The notes under the pieces are model-generated. The model made no database searches, was not told the origin of the DNA, and was given only the letters and a program-made list of their open reading frames with translations. From Octopus bimaculoides (lineage: Eukaryota), in assembly GCF_001194135.2 (NCBI RefSeq), contig NC_068982.1, forward strand, positions 70,654,523 through 70,709,364: a DNA stretch of 54,842 nt. The letters are read 5' to 3'. The position numbers and the translations under genes are program-made. This document shows positions 36,562-50,227 of this stretch, piece by piece; the stretch's first letter is position 1, and each line of letters starts with the position of its first letter.

Positions 36562-37149
36562 GTGAGTATATTCTTTTCTTTTATTTGTTTCAGTCATTTG
36601 ACTGCGGCCATGCTGGNNNNNNNNNNNNNNNNNNNNNNNNNNNNNNNNNNNNNNNNNNNNNNNNNNNNNNNNNNNNNNNNNNNNNNNNNNNNNNNNNNNN
36701 NNNNNNNNNNNNNNNNATATATATATATATATATGTAGTGACTTATTATATTGTGATTTTGCTTTGCTTCTTCATACTATTTTGTTTCAGTAGATTGGTA
36801 AGACAAAAAAGAATAAAAATAATCCTCTCACTAAGAAAAATCATTACTAAAAGATAACAATGCTGCCCTAACCACTGGGCCATTGCGCCTCCACATTTCA
36901 ATAGAAATATGATAACAAAGAAGCTAAATAAGTTTGCTTGATTTCTTTGTCTGAAGAAGAGAGTGAGAAAGAGAGAGAGAGTTCTTGTCACTAAGATTCT
37001 AGGTTCAGATATGAATAATAAAAATAATATAATCCTAATCTCAAATGTTACCAATTTAATCTGTTGCTCGCCTATTTCTTAACATCTTTGCTGAATTAAA
37101 TGAAACTCGTTCCTGCATCCTGTTGATAAAAATCTTTGTTTCCATGCAG

Positions 37150-37237
37150 TGGTTATATCTCCAGTTGTTTCCTGATTTCGAAGGAGACATGACCAGTCTC
37201 TCAGAACAAATGGGTTACTTCAAAGGGCTTGCTGAAG
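37150..37237 (+). CDS. GMCL1: GMCL1 exon 8 (WLYLQLFPDFEGDMTSLSEQMGYFKGLAE)
   Basis: Acceptor atgcag, donor GTTAGA. WxxLQLxP motif, frame consistent with neighbours. Confidence 0.9.
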
Positions 37238-38460
37238 GTTAGATCATCATCATCATTGTCCTCAAATCTTTGTTGGTATTTTTATTATATTTCACAATTT
37301 TTTTTTTCTCTGAAGTATCTTTTATGTTTTACTTGTTTCAGTCATTGGACTGTGGCCAGGCTGGGGCACTGCCTTGAAGGATTTAGTTGAACAAACCAAC
37401 CTTAGTACTTATTATTTGAATCTGGTACTTATTCTGTCAGTATCTTTTGTTGAACCACTAACTTACAGTCATAAACAAAGGAACTCCAATTATCAAGTGA
37501 TAACACTGAGGACAAACATAAGCATACCCATACACACCTGCAAATACACACACACACACACACACACATACACACACATACACACACACACACACATATG
37601 ATGGGTTTCTACACAGTTTCCATCGACCAAATTCACTCACAAGGCATTTGTCAACCTGGAGCTATAGTAGAAGATAGTTGACCAAGATGCTATGCAGTGA
37701 GATTGAACTCAAAACCATGTGGTTGCAAAGTGAGCTTCTCAACCATACAGCCATGCCTGCATCTAACCATTTTTGCATTTAGCCATGTTATGTTTAATGA
37801 TAAAAAGATAAAATTAATAAGCAGCTGAATTAGTGAATTACTAGTTCACAGGTTCACATCTACTGTAGTTATTTTAATGTGTTTTTCAACTGGACATTTA
37901 TTCTACTTTACCTCAGTCTACATAACTGTTGGGAATATGAATCAGATTGTCTGAGAATTATCATCATCATCGTTTAACGTCTGCTTTCCATGCTAGCATG
38001 GGTTGGATGATTTGACTGAGGACTGGTGAAACCAGATGGCTACACCAGGCTCCAATCTGATTTGGCAGAGTTTCTACAGCTGGATGCCCTTCCTAACGCC
38101 AACCACTTCGAGAGTGTAGTGGGTACTTTTACGTGCCACCAGCCCGAAGACCAGTCAGGCGGTACTGGCAACGGCCACACTCAAAATGGTGTATTTTACG
38201 TGCCACCCGCACAAAATACCAACAAAAATATTGTCTGCAATTGACTGGTGTCTTATACAGAGGAATGTTTTTATATTTGTCGTTCATCCACTTCACATTA
38301 AGTAGCCAAAAACTAAATTCCAAGAATCATTTGAATTTTATGCAGCATTTCCATTAGATAAAAATTTTAATGGTATTTGCATCAATTAAATTGGCTATAA
38401 TTCAATGAATTAAAGCAAAATAATACTAGAGATTCTACTTGCTCATTTGACCTACCTTAA

Positions 38461-38676
38461 CTCTCTAGCATTTAAACCAGCCATATCAGGCCCAATTATT
38501 CTAACTATTTTATTCGAACTGGCCAAATCCAGCCTCTTACACCTACCCTGCAATGTCATTCTAAAAATAAGCAGTCACGTCAATATTATCTTGAAGCTAC
38601 GAGATTATAGGATTAATTTTATAAAATGTGAATAAATAACTATTACATTTGACAAAGTAATCTGAATACTAAAGGG
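38461..38676 (-). mobile_element. piggyBac-like MITE with TTAA TSD
   Basis: TTAA|CTCTCTAGCATT...AATACTAAAGGG|TTAA. Confidence 0.75.
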
Positions 38677-39986
38677 TTAATATAACAGAATGAAGGCACA
38701 TGGCTTAGTGGTTAGGGTATTTGGCTCACAATTATAAGATCGCGAGTTCAATTCCTGGTGACATGTTGTGTCCTTGAGTAAGACACTTTATTTCATGTTG
38801 CTCCAGTCCACTCAGCTGGCAAATGAGTAGTACCTGTATTTCAAAGGGCCAGCCTTGTCACATCCTGTGTCATGCTGAATCATCATCATCATCATCATTA
38901 TCATCGTTGTTTAACGTCCGCTTTCCATGCTAGCATGAGTTGGATGGTTTGACTGAGGACTGGTGAGCCAGAAGGCTACACCAAGCTCAATCTGATCTGG
39001 CAAAGTTTCTACAGCTGGATGCTCTTCCTAACGCCGACCACTCCAAGAGTGTAGTGGGTGCTTTTACGTGCCACCGGCACAAGGGCCAGTCAAGCGGTTC
39101 TCTCCCTGAGAATTACATGAAGGGTACACGTGTCTGTGGAATGTACAGCCACTTGCACATGAATTTCATTTGCAAGCTGTTCTGTTGATCGGATCAACTG
39201 GAATCTTCATCATCATAAGTGACAGAGTGCCAGTAACATAAGAGCTGAATCTGTTTTTTAGTTAAAAAAAAGAAAAAGGCTCCTGTTATTAAAATTAGGG
39301 ACGAACTGTTGTGATACTAAATTTTAGTACAACATGCACCTACAATAAAGACAGGTGGATTATGAGTAGTGTTGTGATCAACTTTTAAAGTCTAACTAAT
39401 GAATTAGACGTTTTTGCTTGTCAAATGTGTTGTGCCAGCGTACTACTCCTCTGTTATATTTCTGAAACATAACTACCTTGTGATTCTTAGTAACAAGACA
39501 TAGAGAAACATTTCACAGCTATGTTATTTAGTATAAGGTTATTTTTATATGATTGTCATAGAGAGCAATACTTCAGCCTGGCTACAATCCAATGATTGAA
39601 TTCAGTAAAAGAATGGAAGAATAATCTTGAAAAGAAGATAATTTAAATAACTGAGAGGGGAAAATCATACATACATACGTATGTATGTACGTACATACAT
39701 ACATCATCATTTGATGCCTTTATGAAAATATATTATATATAAAATATATATGTAGATAGATTGATAGATATACTGTAATGTATGTATACACACATACACG
39801 AATGTACACACACATACTCATTCATTTGTGTGTGTGTGTATACTGACTGATAGATTCATAGACAGGAAGATTGGAAGATATATCAGGAGATAGTTGAGTA
39901 CAGCTAGTTAGATAAACAGAAAGAGAGAGGGTGCAAGTGAAAGAATTGGTAAGTAATAGGAATTCTTTTATGTTTTTTTCCATCAG

Positions 39987-40124
39987 GCAAAGAAAACCAT
40001 TATTTTCTGATGACTAAGGAAGGCCGCAAGTACATCTCGGTATTTCGGCAAGTGAGGTTTCACCATATTATCAACGATATGCAATCTGTAAAAACCCTTT
40101 ATGCTGACCACATTGTTTCACCAG
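39987..40124 (+). CDS. GMCL1: GMCL1 exon 9 (GKENHYFLMTKEGRKYISVFRQVRFHHIINDMQSVKTLYADHIVSP)
   Basis: Acceptor catcag, donor GTGAGT. FLxTxxG...SVFR motif. Confidence 0.95.
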
Positions 40125-40257
40125 GTGAGTTTCATTTGCTCTTTATTTTAACAGATAAGTTTTTTTCTCTCTTGTAAAAATTATATTTCACACTGGCAAT
40201 GAATGTTATAAGCGCCGCTATGTATTTAAAATATCTAAATCTTTTGTTGCTTTCCAG

Positions 40258-40327
40258 AATGGTTGCAGCCTTACTTCACCTATCAGTGGAACAAAATGCT
40301 TGCAGTTGACCAAGGGTTAGATAAAGG
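40258..40327 (+). CDS. GMCL1: GMCL1 exon 10 (EWLQPYFTYQWNKMLAVDQGLDK)
   Basis: Acceptor ttccag, donor GTAAGA. EWL...QWxxML motif. Confidence 0.93.
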
Positions 40328-40579
40328 GTAAGAATATATTTCCCATTAATGTTATATAGTTTATACTTATTAGAGTCACAGATTGTTTTTCTGAAATAAC
40401 TAGTTATGTCCCATAACTCATTTGGTTGCTGGTTGACCATTGAGGTCTTTATCTTCATGTTAGTGAGTCAGAGGACGCTACAATGGAATGGAATTGGTTT
40501 TCTTTCTTTACATAAGCCATTGTGATGATTTGAACTCATTGTTAGTTAGGGTGAGAGAGAGAGAGACCCTGGTGTTTAA

Positions 40580-41116
40580 CCCTTTAGCATTCAGATTATT
40601 CTGTTAAATGTAATGCTGAACAGGAGTAAAGACCTCCTTCGGTCATGAATGACCATGAGATTGCACCTAGAAAGTTCTTCTCTGAAGCACAAGTTCAAGT
40701 AAGGTTGTTTATGGAAGACCAGCAGTGACCCATGCATACCAGCTTACCCTCTCTACCGATGTTATCCAAGGGAAAGGCAAAGGCTGATACACTTTGGCCC
40801 CAGTGACATTGCAATTCATTTCTATAGCTGAGGGAATTGAAGCAGCGTGAAATAAAGTGTCTTGCTCAAGAACGCATCACACAGCCCAGTCCAGAAATCA
40901 AACTCACAACAGTAAGCTCGATGCTCTAACCACTGAACCATGCACCTATGTAATGCTTATATATTCACACTATTTTGAATTACTCATGTATTATCTTGTA
41001 GCTTTCAGATTTCAGTGATGTGACTGTTTATGTTTAGAATGACAGATGTTGGGTAGGTGTGAGAGGCCAGAGGAAGAATATTTGGGCTGGATATGGCTGG
41101 TTTAAATGCTAAAGTG
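40580..41116 (+). mobile_element. piggyBac-like MITE with nested family F SINE
   Basis: TTAA|CCCTTTAGCATT...AATGCTAAAGTG|TTAA. Confidence 0.75.
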
Positions 41117-41424
41117 TTAATGTGGTAAAATAGACTGTTGAAATTTTAGAGATCTTTACTGTAGAATCGAGCATTACTCATGATAGGATGACAACCATCA
41201 TATATGTATATGTGTGCATAGCAGATTAGACAATACTTCAGTGTCATAAACTAGATATGTCTCTCTTGTTCTTAATACCAAGTAGTATCACTATTGTGTT
41301 GTATTGTACTTTTAAACAAGATACAATATACTACTTCCCTTTGACATGGTCAATTTGCCTGTCCATTTACAGTCAAAGACTTGGTGTTAGGAAAAACAAA
41401 CTTAAAGAATTTGAAAATACTCTT

Positions 41425-41633
41425 TTACTTTCTTTACTTGTTTCAGTCATTTGACTGCGGTCATGCTGGAGCACCGCCTTTAGTCAAGCAAATCAACCCC
41501 AGGACTTATTCTTTGTAAGCCTAGTACTTATTCTATCAGTCTCTTTCGCCGAATTGCTAAGTTACGGGGACGTAAACACACCACCATCGGTTGTCGAGTG
41601 ATGTTCGAGGGGACAAACACAAACATATACACG

Positions 41634-41680
<47 letters not shown>

Positions 41681-41842
41681 GACGGGTTTCTTTCAGTTTC
41701 CGTCTACCAAATCCACTCACAAGGCTTTGGTCGGCCCGAGGCTATAGTAGAAGACACTAGCCCAAGGTGCCATGCAGTGGGAATGAACCCGGAACCATGT
41801 GGTTGGTAAGCAAGCTACTTACCACACAGCCACTCCTGCGCC
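41425..41842 (-). mobile_element. SINE family B, young copy with internal (AT)n
   Basis: Full head-body-tail on the minus strand, CpGs largely intact. Confidence 0.87.
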
Positions 41843-42654
41843 TACTCATTTTTGATGCATTATTCTAAGCTGTCTTAGAAAAATAGCTGAATATGGACCT
41901 AGTCTTGATGTTAATGATGTAGGAATTAGGGTTGTTCTTTGTTCCTCTTAACCTCACTGTAAACTTGTTTATTTGTTAGGATATCACAGAAGACTTCATC
42001 TTTATGTAATGATGCAAGAGAATAGACACAGGAGTAATTTTCTATTACCTTTTTTAGAGCCATGAATGAATTTTAATTCAGTACTGCCCACTACTTTATG
42101 GATATCTTGGTGGTTTGCCATAGCAGACTACAGTTCTGTGAAGGCATCTAGTTTAATTGTTACGATATTTGACTCAATATTCTAAAGTCATGAGTTTGAT
42201 ACTTGGTGATGTATTGTGTGCTCCAGTCCACTCAGCTGGAAAAAATGAGTTGTACCTGTACTTCAAAGGGCTAGTGTTGTCGCATTCAGTGTCATACTAA
42301 ATCTCTCTGAGTATTATGTTAAGGGTACACATGTCTGTGGAGTGCTCAACCACTTGCATATCAATTTCATGAGAAGGCTGTTCAATTGAGGCTTTACTTA
42401 GGACAAATGCCTATTAATGAGATGTGAACAGCCAACTCTTAAACTATTGGATCAGAACTTCATTGGCTCAATGAAGAGGGAATCTTCTAGAAAGATGTAA
42501 TCATTGATCTTAATGTTACTTAGCCTCAGTATTATTTAACATTACCTCTTTAAATTCTAAAATGCAGCTTTAAATTCTAAAATGTTGGATCTAACTGCAT
42601 TTTGGTTATCATGTCCTTTTTTTTGTATTTTATTTCTATATCAATCAACTTTAG

Positions 42655-42730
42655 ACCACAACAACTTTCTGAGGAGGAGTTTAACAAAACAGCTATGCGA
42701 TGTGGAAGAATTCTACAAAAAAATGGCAAA
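42655..42730 (+). CDS. GMCL1: GMCL1 exon 11 (GPQQLSEEEFNKTAMRCGRILQKNGK)
   Basis: Acceptor ctttag, donor GTATGT. GPQ...MRCGR motif. Confidence 0.95.
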
Positions 42731-43418
42731 GTATGTACTTTAGATTTCTCCAATCCTTCAACTCTTTTGTTACCATATTTCTATTGAAATACAATGCTTT
42801 TGTTTCAATTAATTTTGATGTTTGGAAGATAAATTAATATAAAATTTTTATAGGATGTTTTAATTTACATTGCTTTGAAACAGAATTTGTTATCATAGAA
42901 TCAAGGGTGACCTCAGGTGAGTTGGAATCAAAAGGGTTAAGGTGATAGTTTCACCTCCTAACATCAATTCCTCAGTAATTTTCAACCAATGGTAGCAATT
43001 GTTTGCACAACACATTGGACCTAGCAAGGTTTAAACGCACACACACCCTGACCCAGGGCCAGTTTCCCAATGACTGAATTCTGTGCATAGATTTGGTGAC
43101 TGAATGATTCAGCAAGGAGTAGACCCATTCTGTATTCAAAGAATGTGTAGTAGCTACCCTGAAAGTGTCAATTTTGGCCTCACACTAGGTGTTATTTTTC
43201 TTGTGTGTGTAAATGATTTTTAAATGTTTAACCTTTGATTGATTCTATTGTTTTGGGAGACCTTGCCAGGAGACAAATCTTTCAACAGTATTCAAAAACT
43301 GTTGCCCTCAATAATACAGTTTTAGACAAATATGTTTGTCGTGGTTATTGCTGCCTCTTCCTCCTACTCCTCTTTGTTGCTCAAATAATTCTTTACTAAT
43401 AAAACTTCTCTGTTGCAG

Positions 43419-43480
43419 TATTGCTGGCGGTGGACTGGTTACAGCTATGGCTTTGATTTACTGATTATTCTCACGAAAAG
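43419..43480 (+). CDS. GMCL1: GMCL1 exon 12 (YCWRWTGYSYGFDLLIILTK)
   Basis: Acceptor ttgcag, donor GTACGA. YCWRWTG..GFDLL hallmark of the GCL C-terminal domain. Confidence 0.96.
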
Positions 43481-43605
43481 GTACGAAGTATATTTCTATA
43501 TATATTTAGATATCTCTATCTATGCATGCATGGAAGGTGGACATTAAATGATGATAATGATGATCTGTATATCTCTATATATTTATATATCTAATTGTTT
43601 CTCTC

Positions 43606-43640
<35 letters not shown>

Positions 43641-44670
43641 NNNNNNNNNNNNNNNNNNNNNNNNNNNNNNNNNNNNNNNNNNNNNNNNNNNNNNNNNNNN
43701 NNNNNNNNNNNNNNNNNNNNNNNNNNNNNNNNNATATATATACATATACACACACATATATATATAATTGTATATCTTTATATAGCTAGCTGTATATCTC
43801 TCTTCTCCATCTTGTAATCTGTTCTCTCAGTTGCACCAACCATGTCCGTTTGTAGTTTAATATTGATTCTCAACCTTGATACAAATTCACACATTCTGAA
43901 GAGAGGGTGTATCAATTTAATGAAGCCCAGTACAAGATTACTACTTAAATTATTGAGTTCAAAAGATGAAAGTAAAATAAACAGAATGCAACACGATATT
44001 AGCTTAATACTACCACGAACTAATGAGAAGACCTCTTCATGGTTATACAACTTGCTCAAAATAACAACCAAATCACCCTCACATCACACCACCATCTTAA
44101 AGAAAAAAAGGACACATTAGATAAATTAGTTCTTGATATACCATGTCTCAACAATTCCAGATTGGCCATGGCTAGAATGCTTTTGATTATAGGCCTTCTT
44201 TAATAGGACTAAACTAGAGTTACACAACTAAATACCTAAAGTATTTAATTCATTCCAATGGATTCTGCCACACGCAATGATAAAACATCAAGTAGTTACT
44301 AAATATTCGGTCTAAATACAGTTGCTTTGAACACAATAAAAAAAAAACAAATGTGTAAAAGGCACCTGTGCTGGTGACATGTAACAGGCACCCATGCCAA
44401 TGACATGTAAGAGGGTATGTGAACTGATAACATATAAAGACACTCAGTACATTCTGTAAAGTGGTTGGCATTATGAAGGGCATCCAGCAATAGAAACCAA
44501 GCCAAACAGATGACTGGAGCTTGCTGCAGCTCTCTGCCTTACCACCTCCAGTCAAACTGTCCAACCCATGCCAGTATGGAAAACAGACACTAAATGATGA
44601 TAATGATGATGGGTAATGTGAACAACAGATAATTTTGGGTTGTTTGCTTTTGTGTTTTGATGTTTTAAAG

Positions 44671-44954
44671 CTGTGGTTCCAAAACTTTTTCGGGCTGCCG
44701 CCTCTTTGACAACCAGACTACATTCCTAGTGCCCCCACCTTAACTAACCGTCACAAACATAAACCTTTTTCTGAAGCAAATTCAAAGTAACCGCATTTCA
44801 CAAATAAAACTTAACCCATTATTTTGTTTTTACATGAATCACTACCCCATTATCACCCCACTTTTTACATGAATTGCTACCCCATTATCACCCCANNNNN
44901 NNNNNCCCCCCCCGAGAGGGGGGAGGGCAATACCGCCCACTTTGGGGACCACTG
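44671..44954 (+). mobile_element. hAT-type MITE
   Basis: CTGTGGTTCCAAAACT...CACTTTGGGGACCACTG. 8-bp flanks TTTTAAAG / TTTTAAAA. Contains a gap. Confidence 0.65.
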
Positions 44955-45072
44955 TTTTAAAAATTGAAAAGATAATTAGACTATCATAGACTTATCTGAT
45001 ATCATTAATGATAGTATTTCAACTAATGTTTACTCAAGTTCACTCAATCATTTATTCAATGTCTATTTTTCT

Positions 45073-45310
45073 TATTTCTTTATTGCCCACAAGGGGCTAA
45101 ACATAGAGGGTACAAACAAGGACAGACAAACGGATTAAGTCGATTATATCGACCCAGTGCGCAACTGGTACTTAATTTATCGACCCCGAAAGGATGAAAG
45201 GCAAAGTCGACCTCGGCGGAATTTGAACTCAGAACGTAGCGGCAGACGAAATACCGCTAAGCATTTCGCCCGGCGTGCTAACGTTTCTGCCAGCTCGCTG
45301 CCTTAATGTC
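45073..45310 (-). mobile_element. Young SINE family A with 18-bp TSD
   Basis: TTCAATGTCTATTTTTCT at 45055-45072 and 45311-45328. CpGs intact. Confidence 0.9.
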
Positions 45311-47586
45311 TTCAATGTCTATTTTTCTATGCAAGTATGGGTTGGATTAGGGACTTATTTGAGGTAGTATTTTATAACTTGGTACCCTTCCTGTTGCCAT
45401 CCTTTTTCTGTTTTTCAAGTAAGGGGGGTTTATTTTTCACTGGTCTTTGAAAGTATAGAGTGACCAGTCAGTATCATCAAGAAATGTAAACACAATAGCA
45501 TTGTTGCACTCAGATGATGGTAAGTGAACGTCAACGTTTGCACACACACATACATATATGTATGTATTCAAGCATGATGATATAATATATAGGTTCCCAT
45601 ACAGTTTTCTTTCTACCAATTCTACTCTCAAGGCTTTCATCAGCTCATGGCTATAGAAGATAACCCTTGCCAAGGTGCTGCACTGTGGGACTGAAACTGA
45701 AACCATACGACTGCTAAGTAAACTTCTTAACACCGCAGATATATGTATATCTTCCTCTCTCATTCTTCTAGTTCACTTGATAAATATGAGCATGCTCTCT
45801 TCGTATTTTCACGTTAGAAAATTAAACAACATCCGTAGTTAATTGTCTCAACATCAGAACAACATTGTTATAAAGAGTTTTGAACGCACGACGGGACCAA
45901 AAACAAAAACTCAGCCTGGCAGCTGAATTTGATTCTTTAATAAAATATACGATAGTCATTGCTGGAACGTGATCGATCATATTGTCTGCTCGATCAAGAC
46001 TGACCCGCTGCTTAAACAATAAATAGTAAACAATGTCTCCTCTCGCTATAAATAAACTGAAGTAAAAGTTCTTAGATATCTTTTGCTCAAAGACGCTCCG
46101 TCACTATTACGCTGTACAATACCTGAAAATAAACAGTCGATCACTTGTCATTCAAATGTGGTTACTCGGACGCCTCGTTCAATTTGCAGCTCTCAGCGTT
46201 TCTAAAATACCACATAAAATGAGCCAATGAAGAAACTACTTCGTGGTTCGCTCGACAAACTATAAATAGCAGCCGAATCTCCGTTGAATCAGTAACCTAC
46301 TGTTTTAAAGAAGGAAAAACACATCGAAGTATGTAGTCAGTAATGTACAAAATGGTTATGGTGTGGATCCTCTTTGATGATAAGAGCGTTCGATCATAGC
46401 AGGTCTTTGGCTAATGAAGGACACTACATTAAAAAACTCTCAAAGCATTTTATTTCCGTTTGGATTATTTTTTTTTGTCATTGAGAGTTATTTCCCTTGG
46501 ATACTTTTGCAACAAGAGTTATTCCCCCCTCACCGTTAAATACTAATCGCGCATCGAGCGTTATTTTCGTTTTGACTTTTCTGTGCTGGCATTTATCTTT
46601 GCTTCCTAATTGTCCAGTCGCTAGAACTTTTAGTCGAATGAATCGCCTCCAGTACTTGTTTTTTAAAATCTCTCTTTGCCGAAATGTGGGGACGTAAACA
46701 CACCAACACCATTTGTCATGCGGTGGTGGGGGACAAACAAGACACAAAAACACACACACATATATGTGGCAAGTGAAGTGAGGTGGTCTTTCAGTTTCGA
46801 TTTCTTCGAAATCCACTTAAAAAGGCTTTGGTCGGCCCGAGGCTATAGTAGAAGACTCTTGCCCAACGTGTCATGCAGTGGGACTGAACCCAGGACCATT
46901 TTGTTGGGAAGCAAGTTTTTTTTTACCATACAGCTTCGCCTGTAGTCTTCTTTCTTTATTCTAAATAGTTATTGTCTGTATAAACTTCTTATAAACTTAA
47001 TATTTTGTTTTAGAAATTTTTAAACTTTGGAGTTTGACTTCATTTGGAAAGATGTCACGTGATCTGAAAGCATTTAGAATTACACCATAAACTGTTATAT
47101 GTAATTTTGTTTTATTTGAAAACATTATTGCTGAATACTATAAAATATTGAAAAGTTCCCTTGTATGTAGATGCAGGCGCGGATGTATTGTAAGAAGCTT
47201 GCAACACAGGTTCAGTCCCACTGCATGGTACCTTGGACAAGTGTTTTCTTCTATAGTCTTGAACAGCCCTGTCACATACATCAGGCTGATTCTGGCTGAG
47301 AATTATGTTAATGGTACACATGTAAGTGGAATACTCAGCCACCTACATATTAATGCAATAGATTGAACAACTGAACCATATCATTGTTACCAGCAGAGAA
47401 ACCTCCATCCTTCCATGCTTTCTACTGTTCTCCCATGATCTCATAAAACAAGGGATTCCATTTTATAATTGTTCCAGTAATTTCTTTTTAATAAGTTGTT
47501 TCATTTCCTGACAACAGCTGTTCACTAATGTGGTGTGAGTGTCACATAATTCTTGGCATGGTTAGCAACCGTGGGGCCCTCTACAC

Positions 47587-47868
47587 CAGCAGTTCCCAAA
47601 CTTTTTCAAGCTGCTGCCCCCTTGGCACCTGGGCCACATTCCTAGCACCTCCTACCCAATTCACCACCACAAACATAGACCACGTTCTGCAGCAAATTCA
47701 AATCAACTGTATATCACAAATAAAACTTAACCTAAGTAACCCATTATTTTGGTTTCTTTATATCCATTGCTCCCTTTTGGCCACCCCACTATCACCTCTC
47801 TTTTCTTCAATGCCCTCCCTGATCTTTCCACCCCCACCCCCAAGTACCACCCACTTTGGGAACCACTG
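47587..47868 (+). mobile_element. hAT-type MITE, same family as 44671-44954
   Basis: CAGCAGTTCCCAAACT...CACTTTGGGAACCACTG. Flanks CTCTACAC / CTCTGTAC. Confidence 0.65.
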
Positions 47869-48544
47869 CTCTGTACAGTTATTGAACCTTTCAGCACACT
47901 TAGATCAAACCTAACTTACTCTGTGTGAAAAATAAGACTGGATGGTCAGAGCTGGCAGACGTTTCTTCATAGACTTTCTGGATCAAAATTGGTTAGTTGC
48001 TAAGCAACAACATGTTTAGTTGAAGCTAGAGGAGTAACATCCATTGCTCCTTACAATAATATCCGCTGCAGCCTCAACAGCCATTGTTTGATGCCTACTG
48101 CCATACTGACTCAACATCATTCATTGTGTCACTTCCACACATTTGTTACATTTTTCCAACATCCACATTTTAGACTATTGTTGTATCGAGTTGAGGAGAT
48201 TGTTTCTCAACCCCACATGGAAAGCACACTTCTTAAGCCTTGTGAGTGGCTTTGGTAGATTGGAACTGAAAGGAGGCCATCATATATAGGACATGTATGC
48301 GTGTGTTAACATTTGTGCTTCTCAAAACAACTGGTGGTGTTGTCATTTCCCCTGTAAACAAATTGCCCACTGGCTTTGTGCCTTCAAAGATGTGTGGAAT
48401 AACAGGAGAGCCCTTATTTTCAAAATAGATAAGGTTTAGCTATAGGCAGGGGGTACTTCAGTAATATATATATATCCATCTAATCTATATAAAAACAAAC
48501 AGATGAATCATAAATTCACAACCATTTCATTTGTATTTCTCCAG

Positions 48545-48628
48545 GGGTTTTGTCTTCAAGAGAAACACGCAAAGTCAACCATACAATGGATCTGTTAGTC
48601 TACAACCAACCCGGAGAATATTTTATAA
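48545..48628 (+). CDS. GMCL1: GMCL1 exon 13 (RGFVFKRNTQSQPYNGSVSLQPTRRIFY)
   Basis: Acceptor ctccag, donor GTAATA. FKRNT..QP..GSVSLQP motif. Confidence 0.95.
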
Positions 48629-50227
48629 GTAATATTTAAATTTTACTGTTTTGATAAATCTTTCTTATTCTTTTCTTTCTTTATTTTGTTCTTTCTCTTG
48701 TGCTTCATTGCTTTTTCTCTTCTTATTCACCTTGTGGAGGTACATAGTTTATTGATTAGTGTGTTGTACTCATGATCACAAGATCATGGTTTTGATTCCT
48801 GTACCAGGTGGTACATTGTGTTCTTGAGCAAAACACTTTATTTCACACTACTATGGTCTACTCAGCTGTACATGATAACCCTACAACAGACTGGTATCCC
48901 ATTCAGAGAGAATGTTGTGAAATCGGGTAACCAGCTCTATGAGTCTGAGGCTCCAAGCCAATAATGTCCAGGAATTACCTTAATTATCATGTTTATTTGA
49001 TTTGATTTTATCATTATCATCTAACTTTTATAATTCTGTTGATTTGTTCTTAGCTCAAATATTTACTTCATTGAATTTAAAAAGAAAAGGCTGTGTTCTA
49101 TTTCCTATGCTTGTAAATTTTATTTGATATATATATTATTTATTGTAATTTCAATTTTCTTTGATTTCCAGCCCTTTTTGCTCTTTTATTAATCCTTTCC
49201 CTGGCAAAAAAAATCTTAACATTCTTGGGTTCTCGTCAGCAGTACCCTGTCTTGCTGTATAATCCTTTAGTCTTCTTATCAATTTCTCATCCATACATAC
49301 GAAGTATTGAAGGCTGATTGCAAGATACTGAGCCTTACAAAGGAGATGACTAAGGACTAAAGATATCTGGCGCACTGCTGTACTCACAAAGATCTGTCTG
49401 CCACATTAAAAGCACTGGTGCTGGTGCTACGATAAAAGTGCACTCTGTGGACTTGTTGGCATTAGGAAGGGCATGTCAGAACAGACAATAGAGCCTGGTG
49501 TAGCCCCTGGCCTTACCAGCTCTGGTTAATCCATCCAACCCTTGCCAGCATGGAAAACAGGCATTTAATGACGACGATGACACACTTTTTAAAGTGGTTG
49601 AAATTAAGGAGGAAATCCAGCTGTAGAAAGCAGACACTGGTATACAATGTCAAACCAATCAACTCATGCCAGCATGTAAGGTGGACATTAAAAGATGATG
49701 ATGATCATCATCATTTTTGTATCTTATTTCTTTTTACAATGTCCTACCTCTTCCAATAAACTTGTATTAATCTTGTGAAGGGCCATAGCTTAATGGTTAA
49801 TGTGCATCTTTCACAATTCTTAGGTCATGGGTTTGGTTCTTGGACCAGATGGCATGTTGTGCCCTTGGGCAAGGCACTTCAATTCACATTACTTCAGTAC
49901 ACTTAGCAGTACCACCTTCAGGTTAACCCTGCGACAGACTGGCATCTTGTTCAGGGCTGACTTTTGTACTTCTCTGCCTTCACACCTAGAAAATCTGAAT
50001 AAATTTCAGCCTCATAAGTCTGTGGATTCGAGGCTTTCATTAAACTTCTGATCCCATCCTCTTACTCAGGCTGTATGTCCTCTCACCTATACTCTTGCCT
50101 GTTCACGTTTTTTTTTTTTGCTTCTCTCTTTCTCTCTCACTTTTATTTTCCTCTCTCTTGCTCCCTCTCACACCACTGTGTATCTCAGAAAGATCTTTAC
50201 ACATTAGGTTTTGATTTCTTTCTTCAG

